A stretch of 64,000 nt of DNA from Felis catus (GCF_018350175.1 NC_058368.1:124622001-124686000), one strand, 5' to 3'; shown: positions 1 to 11,460, numbered from the stretch's first letter. A program made the numbers and translations. The notes: generated by a model from the letters alone, not told the origin.

Positions 1-417
1 CCATCAACTGATGAATGGATAAAGAAATTGTGGTTTTTACACACAATGGAATACTATGTGGCAGTGAGAAAGAATGAAATATGGTCTTTTGTAGCAACAT
101 GGATGGAACTGGAGAGTGTGATGCTAAGTGAAATAAGTCATACAGAGAAAGACAGATACCATATGTTTTCACTCTTATGTGGATCCTGAGAAACTTAACA
201 GAAGACCAAGGGGGAGAGGAAGAAAATTAAAATAAGAGGTTAGAGAGGGAGGGAGCCAAAACATAAGAGACTCTTAAAAACTGAGAACAAACTGAGGGTT
301 TATGGGGGATGGGAGGGAGAGGAGAGTGGGTGATGGGTATCGAGGAGGGCACCTGTTGGGATGGGCACTGGGTGTTGTATGGAAACCAATTTGATGATAA
401 ATTTCATATTTAAAAAA
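1..417 (+). mobile_element. 3' end of a felid-type LINE-1 (ORF2 C-terminus and 3' UTR), continuing off the left edge
   Basis: Typical L1 terminal sequence (CCATCAACTGATGAATGGATAAAGAA...ATGGATGGAACTGGAG...ATGCTAAGTGAAATAAG), G-rich 3' UTR and A-rich end. The same UTR appears reverse-complemented at 56190-56340. Confidence 0.93.
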
Positions 418-467
418 TTATATTTACTCACTTCTGCCTTTGGGAACTGTAGCAAATACTTTAATGG

Positions 468-871
468 TGTGATGGTCTTTTAATATGTCAACTTGACCAG
501 CCTGTTATCCCCAGTTATTTAATCAAACAGCAATATCAGTGTCACTGTGAAGGTGTTCTATAGATGTGATTAAAGCCCAGAATCAGTTTATTTTAAGTAA
601 GGGTGATTAATATAGATAATCTAGTGGTCTTGACCCAATCACTTGAAAGGCTTTAAGAGATGAACTAAGGCTTCCCCAAAGAAGAAATTCTGCCTGTAGA
701 CTGCTGTTTCAGCCCTAAGATTTCCAGCCTGTCCTTCCTGATGGCCTGCTCTATGTATTTCGGACTCACCTAGCCAGTGGTCATAATTGTGTAAGCCAAC
801 TGCTTGCAATAAATCTCTGAATTTATATCTCCTACTGGTTCTGCTTCTCTAGCTGAACCCTGACTGATATA
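468..871 (+). mobile_element. MLT2-type (ERVL) solo LTR
   Basis: Starts TGTGATGGT...GTCAACTTGAC and ends AATAAATCTC...CTACTGGTTCTGCTTCTCT...GAACCCTGACTGATA, matching remembered MLT2 termini. Confidence 0.85.
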
Positions 872-1265
872 TGTATGCAGCCTAGATGCCGTTCAAGACT
901 GAAGGATTTGTTGTTTCAGCTATTGGGAGAGCTGCTAGTAGAAGCCCTTGGCTGTCAGCCATCTTCAGGGATTCTTTGACTGAAAACAGCCACCTTGCCC
1001 TAGGTTACATTCCCTTCCCAAGGAATGGTGCATCTAATGATAGGTTGATGTCAGGTATAAAAACCTAGTTCCCCTGCTCTGACTCTGGATAACCCTGAAG
1101 GGCTGCCCAAGTTTACAGCTACCCATGTGCTTAGTTGAGGCTTTCAGGGCAGCTGCATCACAGACAACTTCTTCCTCCACCCCAGCCCCCTTACTTAGGT
1201 ACCAACTCCAAGAGCATTGCCTAATAACCTCCAGCCTGTCAATCCCTGTCTACTTCCCACTTGTA
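872..1265 (+). mobile_element. LTR16-like (ERVL) solo LTR
   Basis: Motifs GCTGTCAGCCATCTTCAGGGATT, TATAAAAACC, ACTCTGGATAACCCTGAAGGG and CCAAGAGCATTGCCTAATAA resemble LTR16C. Confidence 0.7.
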
Positions 1266-1519
1266 CAGGGACCTTTTTCATGGAGTTCCCTTTTATTTCT
1301 TACATCTTTGAATTTTCATTTCTCTCCTTCCCCTCATCACATACATATTCTGGGCTCTCCCATGTTTAAAGGAAACACAACCAATAAACATAATAACTAT
1401 TCCTAAATTCTGTGTCATCCTCAAGTTATGGCTGTTTTTTTTTCCTATATCCAAACTTCTTGAAGAACTAAATTGACATGTTTCCACTTTGCTTTCTATA
1501 CAACACAATGTGCTTCATT

Positions 1520-2090
1520 CTTCCTCTAAAATATATTTTACTAAGGTCACCAGTGACTTCCTATTTATTAAAATACCATGGGCACTCTTCAGCCTTCCCA
1601 TACTTGACTTGACTGTTGAAAATGTGACCCTCTCCATCCTTTTTTGAAACTATTGCCCAGCTCCAATAGCCTCCATGACTCCCTCTGCCCTGGACATCTG
1701 TGTATCTCTTTGGCTTTTCCCTTTCAGTCTTCTTCACGGACATCCTCTGTCAGTGACTGAAGTCTCTTCTCAGTCTGTACTCTCTCCTGTGGCAATCTGG
1801 TCATACTCATAGTTCCAGCTACCACCTATGTGCTGATGATTCCCAAATCCATATTTCCAAACTCTACCTATGTCTTGTGCTCTAAACTCCATATTTCCAG
1901 CTACTGTATATTTCTCCATGAATTTCTTGCCTTTTCTGACATGAACTCACTCTTACACATGTTCTTCCTTCCTGAGCTAATAGCACAATACCATTCTTCT
2001 CACCAACAGAGACTGTAATGATCCTCCACTCTTCTTTCTATTCCATGCTGCCACTGCTCATCACTGGTTTCTTTTTCTTAGTGAATTCTT
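1520..2090 (+). mobile_element. L2 LINE fragment (decayed RT region)
   Basis: CTAAGGTCACCAGTGACTTCC...GACCCTCTCCATCCTTTTTTGAAAC resembles the L2 RT segment; pyrimidine-rich L2 body follows. Confidence 0.7.
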
Positions 2091-2129
2091 AAAAGCAGTT
2101 TCTCCCATTTTGTTATTTTATTTCAAACT

Positions 2130-2667
2130 TTTACTATCTCACATATTTCACAAAATGATGAACCTATGTGGAAGCTTCAAAGCCCAGGCTCCACACTTTA
2201 AATGGCTCTGCTTTATCCTTTCTCTGGTCACATCCCTAGCCACATGCAAGGAGTATATAGGGACAAAGAGACATTGCCACCATGGGTCCACATACCCTAA
2301 TTCTAGGCCATGTTTCTGTACCAAGGACTGTAGATTCCCTGTGCAAACGACCCAAGCCTGCCCATGAAGGATTCTTCTGTAGACCCATCTTCCCAAGAAT
2401 ATATTGTATCACTACAGCACACATATGAAGACTTGAAGGTGGTTAAGACATAGCTGTCTACAGTGGGGTAGAGGAGTAGATAGAGGCTGTACATAGAGGC
2501 TGAACTGTCTACATACACATATGTGCAAAATTCCTTGTGGTTAAGGAAGGAACTTCCTTCCTTAGGCTTCCTTCTTAGGCTAAGGGAGAATAGTGGTGGG
2601 ATAGGACCCTGAGGGCTCTAATTATACTTTCACCTCAGTCCCACAAATGTTGGGAGGAGGGTACTGG
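2130..2667. mobile_element. Probable ancient hAT-Tip100-type non-autonomous DNA transposon
   Basis: Terminal CCCACAAATGTTGGGAGGAGGGTACTG resembles the remembered CAAATGTTAGGGGCGGGCCTG terminus of this group; the interior is very diverged. Confidence 0.4.
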
Positions 2668-3263
2668 TTATGAAGCATGTTTTACATACCAAATATCAAG
2701 CTAAATGATGAGACTCTAAGATGAACCAAATATAATCACTGCTTTCAAGAAGCTCAGAAACATAAAAGAAGGGGGATATTATAAAACTAGATGAAGTCCA
2801 TTTTACTAAAAGCATATTTAAAGAGTTGTGTGAGGAGAGATAGTCAAACCCTGCCAGATAATGTGGGAAGCCTTCCCACTTGGGATAACATTTGAATGGG
2901 AAATCAAAGCTTGAGAATAAATTTTCCAAGCTTGAGGAAGCCACTACAGCAAAGAAAACAGCAAGTATTCAAGAAATAATGTGTACTGAGTGAGCTGGGA
3001 ACAAGGGTGGGGAGATGCCTGGAAAGATAGCAAGGAGTGTCATGAAAGGTATTTACCAAGGAGCTTTTTACATTATCCAGAAGGTACAAGGGAATGTAAG
3101 GATTTCAGGCAGGGGACTGATATGGTCCTGTCCTCACATTTGAAAGATTTATTCTCTAGACCAGCCTCTTAATGGTGTTTCCTTTTCTCCCCCTCCTCTA
3201 CTCTTGCTTGAGAATTCATCTACCACCTGCTGCCAAAATGATCCTTCTAAAATACTTTTTGGA

Positions 3264-3490
3264 AGGGCGCCTGCGTGACTCAGTTGGTTGAGTATCCAAC
3301 TCTTGATTTCGGTTCAGGTCATGATCCTAGGGTCGTGGGATTGAGCCCCCCTTTGGGCTCTGCCCTGAGCGCGGAGCCTACTTGAGATTCTCTCTCTCAC
3401 TCTCCCTCTGCCCCTCGCCTCTACTCACACTCTCTCTCCAAAAACAAAACAAAACAAAACAATAACAATAACAATAACAACAACAACGAC

Positions 3491-3533
<43 letters not shown>

Positions 3534-3550
3534 CAAAAACAAAAAGGAAA
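3264..3550 (+). mobile_element. Older carnivore SINE (CAN-SINE) with a microsatellite-converted tail
   Basis: tRNA-like head GGGCGCCTGCGTGACTCAGTTGGTT, CT-rich segment and A-rich tail; degenerate TSD AAATACTTTTTGGA (3250-3263) / AAGTACATTTTGGA (3551-3564). Confidence 0.93.
3493..3530. repeat. (CA)19 microsatellite
   Basis: Read directly from the sequence. Confidence 0.97.
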
Positions 3551-3839
3551 AAGTACATTTTGGATGCTGTCACTCTTCTGCTTCTTCCTATTGCCTATAG
3601 GTTAGAGTCCTAACTCTTCAGGGCAGTTTCCAAGGCCCTTTATGTCCTACCCCTGCCTGCCCTCCCAATCTAATCTCACATCACTTTCCCACATGCTCCT
3701 TCTATCATAGATATACCCAATGACTTGCCCTATCCAGAAGGCACCAAGATCTCTGATTACTTTGCATCCAAGCCCTTCCCCAACTTGTTGGCCTGAACAA
3801 CTGCTCATCTTTCCAGTGGCAAAGTGTCGAGAAAAGAAC

Positions 3840-4020
3840 ACAGACTTTATATCCAGATTGATCAGGGTAGAAAGCCACTCCCTGACTCCACAATATTGGG
3901 CGGGTCATTTAAATTCTCTGAGCCTTGGCTGCCTTTCCTCTTTTATGGACATAACACTCATTTTCCAAGACTACTGTGAATATTAAATGCAGTAACATAG
4001 GAAAGTGTCTGCATAAATAC
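3840..4020 (+). mobile_element. MIR SINE
   Basis: Core-like GGGTCATTTAAATTCTCTGAGCCT...CTACTGTGAATATTAAATG...AAAGTGTCTG. Confidence 0.6.
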
Positions 4021-6977
4021 AGCAGGCTCCTCTTGGACTAAGCCCTCTGGACTCCTATGTCCATTCAACTGCAGCCTTTCCTATAAGTAATGCCAGTTGA
4101 GCTTGCCCATTTTACATACTTGAAGTGTACTTTACTCCTTTGCTCTGACCACAGTCTGGTTCTTGTTGATATTCTTCATTCCAAGGGAGATCCTGTTCCC
4201 TCAAGCCCCAGCCACTGTCCTACACCAAACTCAGGGGATCCCCTGAAAACACAATGCTGCCAATGACCAGCTGTACCCTGCCACTGGAGGATCCACCATC
4301 TCCACCATCACACCAGCCCCTGCTTGGAGGCAGATGTTAACACTACTACTATAGGTGAGCTTATTGCATCCTTTGAGTATACTTTTGACTTGGTTACTAC
4401 TCACCTAAGCTGTTGTCTTAGCTCTTAATCTCAGGTTCTGCCCACTTCCACCTTATTTCCATCTCCCCACCAGCCAGCAGAGGATATACTTCATGTTTTA
4501 TGACCCATAAATAATGTATAATTTATCATTCAAATCAAAATGTTTTTGAGACTAAAAAGGCACAAAAGGAGTTAACTGGATGTGTGTTTACCAATACATA
4601 CACCAAATAGCATCAGTCATTTCTTTGGGAGATGCAATAGTGAGACCAAGAAAGAAACTTTGTTCTTTATTCTAATTCCTCCATGGACTGTGGTTATAAT
4701 GCCTTTAGCTATAGAGATGTCTATCCTAATTTTAGTGTGTTTTACTCATCTCAGTCTGTTGTTGTGGTTCACCCAGAGGAGCATCTAGCCACTAAGAGAG
4801 AGAAAGAAGAACAGTGTTCTGCTGACTGAAGTGCCCAAGGCAAAGAACTGCTCCTGGCTGCTTCTGCCAGGGAGCTCTGCTGTGACATGGTACCAACGCT
4901 AGATGTGGGTGGAAGGTGAGACAGTTGCATTTTGTGGTGCTTGTCATTTTTATTTGACAACTGTTTGGGTTTTAGAAACTCTTGGCGTTGGGTTACAACA
5001 CCCCACCCACTCCATCTTGGTAACCGCCACTTGTCCTTCCTATAAGAGGTCATGCCAACTCTGAGATGAGGCAAGGCCATGCTTAGCAGCCCTGGATGGC
5101 TACTGCTCTGGTATTTGAAAGGCTTTCTCTTGCATCTGGTCAGATCCACAGCTCTCTGTGGCTCTCAGAATCAAGCATTTATGATGGGGTTCAAGTGTTG
5201 GAATGCTGACTCTCCAGAGACTGGCAACAGAAATAAAAACTTCTTTCCGCTTTTAATAAGCATATTGAATGCTAAAGGATCTTTAGTCACATGCATTGCT
5301 GTGACAGTCTACGGATATGCGCTAGAGAGTGTGAACATACTTCTGGCATTTGACAATGCATCACCATTTAAAGGAAATTCCCCTCAGCCCTTTTATTTCA
5401 CCATCACACACGGCCTTGAGCCAGCCCACCACATGAATCTCTTATGAGTAGGGTGAAAGAGAAAAAAGGAACCAGGCCCACTTTGCCCTAGAAGCATGAC
5501 AACGATCAGAGGGGAAGAGTAAAAAATACACTGAGGAGCTCAAATATAACCATTAATGCATCTCCCTGTTTTTTTGCCTCCACCTCAGCTTTGAGATTTA
5601 TCCCTATTACCTGCTTAACTTCTAAAAATATAGTAATCACCAAGCAATTGCTGTGTGCCAACAGTTTCTAATGTACACAGTCACCCTATAAACAGGCACT
5701 ACTGCCCTAACTCTAAGCTATGGACACTAAGACCCAGAGATGAGTAAGTGATGAGACTGTCAGCTTTGAAACCTGTACCTTGTACACTGTACAATATTTC
5801 TCCCAATTTTGTTCTGCAGACCTCTGGAACAACAGAGAGATTCAGTCCTCCATACAATACCTTCATTATAATGACTGTCATTATAGGCAGAACAGGCAAG
5901 GACAAAATCTCTACCCCCCACCTTAAAAAAAAAAAAAGAAAAAAAAAGTAATTATTTGTCCTGGGAGGTGAAATGGTGGAAAGAGTGGGAGTGTTCAAAT
6001 GAAATTATTGGGACATAACAGACTAAGGAAAAGATACCCTAAATCTTTGGGTGTTTGCTATTTAGATTACTATTAATTGCTGGGACCCAAAAACATGCTT
6101 AGAATTAATCCCAAAAAATTTTCATTGAGAAAAATGGCCTTTGAATGCAATTAATGAAATGAAAAATTCTAACTCATTATTAAAAATTCTCCATTTGTTT
6201 CAAAGACATATTTGGGGCCAATTTGGTATATAGGAGTTTGAGATTACAGAATTCATAACACAAGGCATTAAGTCATGAATCTAAACTCTTCCTGACAGAA
6301 TATACCTGTATTGGACAATTATACCCACGTTAAAGTGTAATGTTGTAGCCTAGATCTTGTGCAAAGGAAATCATAGAAATAAGTGCCAAGAGCTACTATC
6401 ATCAGAGACCCTTATAAATTTGATGAAAGGCAAGGGATAGGGAAAGAGAAGGAAGGGGGCTCAGCCTGCAACAGAGATTCCAGGATCAAGAGAGGACTGT
6501 GTAACTTTCTGAGCCATGCCCTGCCTGGCCAGGTCTGGTAAATTCTTGCCAAATGTTTTCAACCCAATGAATCAAAGACTGGCCTTTTCCGTTCCAGCCT
6601 GTGGCAATGCGACTCTGATTTTATAACAGAAGTCAGTAGAACAATGGGATTTGCTTTTTGAAAATCTGCTTTTTAGAGACCAGTGCTGCAAAAACACCTA
6701 TTTTTACTGCCTCCCAAAACATTTCAGTGGAGCTCTTAAAATATTGTTTAAAACCAAAAACAAAAACAAAAACTACTGGGTTCTTGGTAAATAAATACAC
6801 CTAACCTCCCCTCCATAACCAGAACCAAGGCACCTTACATATTTGGAGCTCAAAGCCCTGGCTGAAGACTGTTCTGATTCATTCATGGATAAGGGCCACA
6901 TTGATAGAAAGCATAGAGGCAAGCACACAGACAAGCAGAAACCATGGAAGTCAAGTTTGCCTTTGGGTACCTGGTCT

Positions 6978-7180
6978 AGAGCAGGAAATATAGTTACTAA
7001 AATACTGGGCTCTGGGGGGAGACAGGTCAGTGTTCAGATCCCAAATAGAACACATAAGCAAATTACTTGAACTCTTTAAAATTCATTGTCCTCACCTGAA
7101 AAATGGGGATGTCAACTGCATTAATATTTGATTTGTTGTGAGGATTAAATGGAAAAAATGCATGGAAAGTACCTGCCACA
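6978..7180 (+). mobile_element. MIR SINE
   Basis: GGGCTCTGG...AGACAG...GTTCAGATCCC, CCTCACCTGAAAAATGGGGAT and GTTGTGAGGATTAAATG. Confidence 0.8.
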
Positions 7181-7791
7181 AGGAAAGTAATAAAACCATA
7201 TTGCATACACAAAGAACACTGCTCAACAGAGAACTGCTGTGTCCACCAAATGAATGTGGTACTTACTATGTGAGGCTAACTCCAAAGGGCTCTGACTGGC
7301 TTTGTTGCTGCCTTTCTCTACCTTCTCAGAGAAAAGCAGTGTGAGTCTTATAGAAAGCTGTCAAAGAGGACCTCTAGACATAACCAACCAAGAAGCTGGA
7401 AACAGTGACCCTTGTACATTCTCTAGACTCTGCTTTGAGGCAAGTTTGGTGGTGCACTCTGGCCTTGACTAGGGCAAAGCAAGCTGACCACGATAATGGC
7501 TCCAGCTACTAATTGTCACCTCCTCAGAAGAATATACTTTTTCTAAGTAATTGGCCAATTAAATTTTAAACCAGGGAGTCTTTTTATTAAAACATATAGA
7601 TTTTATTACACTTTCAAAAACATCCCAGATGTATAAATACAATTATTTATAGTCTTGTAAAAACGTGTGCCAGATGAATGGAAAAGACTGCTGGTTTAGT
7701 TTTACTCTCACTGTGGTAACTTGTGTGGTTTAGAGCTTTTGCTTACTTTCTATTGTTAGCAGCTAAGTATTTTCCAAATAACCAATTATTG

Positions 7792-7958
7792 GAATTGAAC
7801 CTGTTTGGTTTGATACACATGCACACAGAGTCATGTATACAAATACAATCTGAATGTCCCTCCGTGGATTAGAATTGAACCTGTCTGGTTTACTACACAT
7901 GCACATAGAGTTGTGTATACAAATACACATGTATACACATGTATACTCCCTCCATGAG
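7792..7958. repeat. Diverged two-copy tandem duplication, period 80 bp
   Basis: 7792-7847 and 7872-7927 match at 50 of 56 positions. Confidence 0.9.
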
Positions 7959-8077
7959 TAAACAGGAGAAGCTGTCACAGTTCGAGTATCTGTTTTAATG
8001 CTCAAGTTATAGGTATGTGATCTTAGGCAGAAAATTTAGCTTTTCTGGATATCAGGTTTCCGAAATATAAATAAATA

Positions 8078-8262
8078 GACCAACTTAGATCCACAGATGT
8101 GTTTTATTTGGCCAACATTATTTTAGACATGTGAATGACTTTTCTAAGCATTCACTCTCCCGTTCCCACAGCTTAAACCACCCCTAACATGGTCCAGCTG
8201 ACTGCCTTTTCACATTTGCTTCACTTGATCGGCTCTTGAAAGCATGTGGACTGCAGACCCTG
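8078..8262 (-). mobile_element. MER117-like hAT-Charlie MITE between MIR-like flanks
   Basis: CCACAGATGTGTTTTATTTGGCC and terminal GAAAGCATGTGGACTGCAGACCCTG resemble the remembered consensus; MIR3-like tail follows at 8263-8318. Confidence 0.5.
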
Positions 8263-9104
8263 GATGAGATGATCCAGAGGGCTGCCTCTAGCTATGAGAT
8301 TCTACTATGCTGATTCTATCAAGTTGCTGAATTGTTTAATCTCTTTGTCTAAAGAGTAAATAAAATCCTCATTCTTTTATAGTTATGCTTGTGAATTTAT
8401 CAGAAACAATTGAAGCATGGCTCAGACAAAAAGAAAAATCATAATTTTCTGATAGGAAATTGAAGTTAAATCTCTTTGCAAATATTTTTGAAGATGCGTT
8501 CTCTATAAGAACTCTATATTCTTATCTGCCAGGCAACAACTACCTCTCCTTTTAAATATTTTGTATCTAAGTCTCTGTTTGTCTTTCTACCTTTGTCTTT
8601 GGCTGTCTCATTAAGGCTATTGGACAAATATCCCTGACAAGTTAAGCTCTGAATTTGACAAGTAGAGATTTAAATTGTATGATTAACCATCCTCATTCCA
8701 CAAAGGGATAACCTGAGCTTCTAGTTGCTTTGGCCTTACAGCCAACAGAAAGTGAGCTAGACCCTCCTTTCAAATAAAAGCTTGAGTGCCCAAGCTAGAA
8801 CTAAGAAGGTCAGAAAGGTCTTCACTAATGTTTTCTCTCAAATAATTCAATACTTCTTGCCAAACCAGGTTTAATGGCTCTGCCATCCAGAAGTCACAGA
8901 TTTTACTGACGCAACTGGAATTCTACCTTAACGGCACAATCTGCCCCATCTTAATCTCAAAAATTATACTCTTGAAGCAATGATTTCAATTTTGTGTTCA
9001 TCACCAAACTGCTGGAAATTGGGGACAGTTATCTCAACTTTCTTTGCCTGAATTTCATTCATCATTAATAGCAGAGTTGCCACTCTAGAAGTGACAATGG
9101 CTTG

Positions 9105-9252
9105 GAACAGTGCACATAATCACCTAGAGATCATATTGGAATGCTCATTCTTATTAATTGGGTCTGGAAGGAGGCCTGAGATTTTTGCATTCTAACTGCT
9201 CCCAGCTGATGTCTACATTCCTGGTCTATAACTACTTTTAGAGTAGAAAGGA
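9105..9252. mobile_element. MER5A-like hAT-Charlie MITE
   Basis: AATCACCTAGAG...GGGTCTGG...GGCCTGAGATTTTTGCATTCTAAC...CTCCCAGCTGATG. Confidence 0.75.
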
Positions 9253-9266
9253 CCTAGAGAGCTCTG

Positions 9267-9420
9267 TTCATTTCAATTAGATGTTTATTTGCTTCTTAGT
9301 GCCAAATTCTGTGCTCTGTACTGGGAACACAAAGATGTGTGGGACACAATCACCTTTCTCAAAGAACTCACGATTTAGTGGAGGAGACAAATACATAAAT
9401 ATCTAGCTATGATATATGTT
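9267..9420 (-). mobile_element. L2 3'-end fragment
   Basis: TTCATTTCAA...TTTATT...GTGCCAAATTCTGTGCT...CTGGGAACACAAAGATG...CTCAAAGAACTCAC. Confidence 0.7.
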
Positions 9421-10174
9421 ATAGTTAAAGTATGAATAAAGTACTCCAGAAGTCAAAGAGAGTGAGAAATAAACTTATGACTACAATCAATGCATAAATA
9501 GCTCCTATCTCCATGTATCTCCCTTTATTTTTTGCCTCTTCACGATTCAACGGGAGAAACAGGTCTATAACATAAAACCCAGATAAGACCCTTGGGAATG
9601 ATATTCCCAAGTGGCCAAGCTTTTAACAAACTGAATATAAGCAGACACTTTCAAACCTGTAATTTTCAAGAAGGCAAAATCTTAAGTCTCGCAAATACAA
9701 AATTAGTATTTTTCAAATATCTTAGCAAATTAACATTGCTCAAAAAGCATTTGAGAAGCTATGCACTTATAAGCAATGTTAGGATAAGATTTCTGGGTCA
9801 GATAAAAAATTGGTCAATGTTCAACAGAGCCAATAACTGTAAGATTTTAGGTTACTTGTTCTATTATACAGAAATTACTTGTATCTACAGCAGATAAAAA
9901 CCTGCTACTTAGCATCTACTCTAAAGATGTAAAATAGCTCAGAAAATATAAAGCCGAGTCCAGCTCTGAAAGAATCCTTGGTATTCTCTTTTGCTTATTT
10001 TCAAGTTTCAGATAAAATTTCTGATTGCATACTCAGCCTTTCAAAAATTAACAAGGGAGAGAAGCTCTCCCTTCACCTCAACCACTTCTGATTGCTCCAG
10101 GATCTGAAACTTCCTCCAGTTTACCTGATTGGATCTCATTCCCAGATAAAATGATCTACATTAATACCAGTATC

Positions 10175-10350
10175 TACAATTTACTGAGGTCACAGTCTGC
10201 GTGTTTTGGGTACATTATCTCTCTCAATTTTCACACCAGCCCTTGAGGTAAGAAGAACTATCCCTACTTGACATTGAAGAAATCATCTCAGGGAGGTTAG
10301 ATGATTTGTCCAGAGACACTCAACTGGTGGCAGAACTAGGGTTCAAATAC
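10175..10350 (-). mobile_element. MIR SINE
   Basis: TTTACTGAG...CATTATCTC...TCTCAGGGAGGTTAGATGATTTGTCCAGAGACAC...GGCAGAACTAGGGTTCAAA. Confidence 0.75.
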
Positions 10351-11029
10351 AATAATATTATTAGCAAAACAATAAGTATTTAGAAAACAAATGTGAAGCT
10401 ATCTTGCTAGATAAGAGTAGGTTGGCTTTGGGAGCAATGTGATTTGAAAGATTTTTTTCCACAGTGCATAAAATTGCTAGCATTAAACCTGACCCTTTAG
10501 GTAAAGGCACTGGACTTAGAACTCATGTCAAAAATAAAATAACACTTGACAGAAAATGAGTAAGCATGGAGAGAGCAATGCTTAGGGAACAGACATTAGG
10601 GCATACTGCCACAAAGGGAACTGGCATATCAGACTCAAGAAGCCTTAATAGGGCTGGGTAAGGCAAGGTATGCTCACACAATCTCCATCTCTAGCTGCCT
10701 CCTTACTCCTGGTTGTGTCCCCGGTTCAGCTCCTCTGCCACCACCCTTATTTCTAAGGACCTGAGATGAATACTCTAATTGAGATCGATCCTAACTCCTG
10801 GAGGAGTACTTCCTGCCTGATAGCCAACCACTTCCTCAGGAAGAGGTCCCCAAGGGCCCATAATATAGTTTTTCTACTTAGAGTGAGTAAAGGAACACTT
10901 AAGCAGTGAACAAAAGCTGGATGAGACAGAGGGAAAAGGCAGTTTCTACCACACAAGAACTACATGGGTCCAGGCAGACACCGGGCTGGCAAATTCTTCT
11001 GGATGGTCACTTCTATTTTTAGAGTTCCT

Positions 11030-11460
11030 TTAGACACTTGTTAGAATGCATTCTCCTGGGCCCCATCCAGACTTACTAATCAGAAACTCTGGGATGGAGC
11101 TCAAGAGTCCTCAATTTTTAACAACCCCTCCTGCTCACTCAGTCTGAAAACATTTTGCCTCAAATTGCTAGTTCTTACCTGCCTTCACATTCAAATTACC
11201 TGGGCACTTTTCAAAATAGCATGCCCTGGCCAGGGATCTGCATTTTTTAAGTTTCCCAGGAGATTCTAAAGTAAAACTAGGATGGAAAAAAAAAACATTG
11301 TTTTAAAATTTGACACTTCTCAAATTGGAGTGTGCATTCAAAGCATCTGGGAATCTTGTTAAAATGCAGCTTTTGCTGCAGCAGGTCTGGAGGGGTCCTG
11401 AGACTCTGCATTTCTAATAAAGTCCCTGGTGATGCAGATGCTGCTAGTCCTCGACACCCA
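11030..11460. mobile_element. Cluster of three MER5A/MER5B-like MITE pieces
   Basis: CTTGTTAGAATGCA...GGGCCCCATCCAGACTTACTAATCAGAAACTCTGGG (11037-11095); ATTACCTGGG...ATCTGCATTTTTTAAG...CCCAGGAGATTCT (11195-11268); CTGAGACTCTGCATTTCTAATAAAGTCCCTGGTGATGC (11398-11435). Confidence 0.75.

Larger units (their letters stand above)
2990..3700. mobile_element. Two L2 fragments in opposite orientations (about 2990-3160 minus, about 3170-3700 plus, the latter interrupted by a SINE)
   Basis: GATTTCAGGCAGGGGACTGATATGGTC and GATCCTTCTAAAA...GTCACTCTTCTGCTT...CCTATTGCCTATAGG...AAGGCCCT are L2-like. Confidence 0.6.

Noticed and set aside
4512..4565. Possible MER81-like hAT-Blackjack fragment
   Set aside because: The similarity covers only about 50 bp and is too degenerate to call without an alignment.
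4769..5447. Overlapping opposite-strand ORFs of 126 and 122 aa
   Set aside because: No recognisable motif or exon structure; ORFs of this length can occur by chance in 64 kb.
7792..7958. Direct repeats with an intervening segment, superficially CRISPR-like
   Set aside because: Only two diverged copies, mammalian context and no cas genes; it is a tandem duplication.
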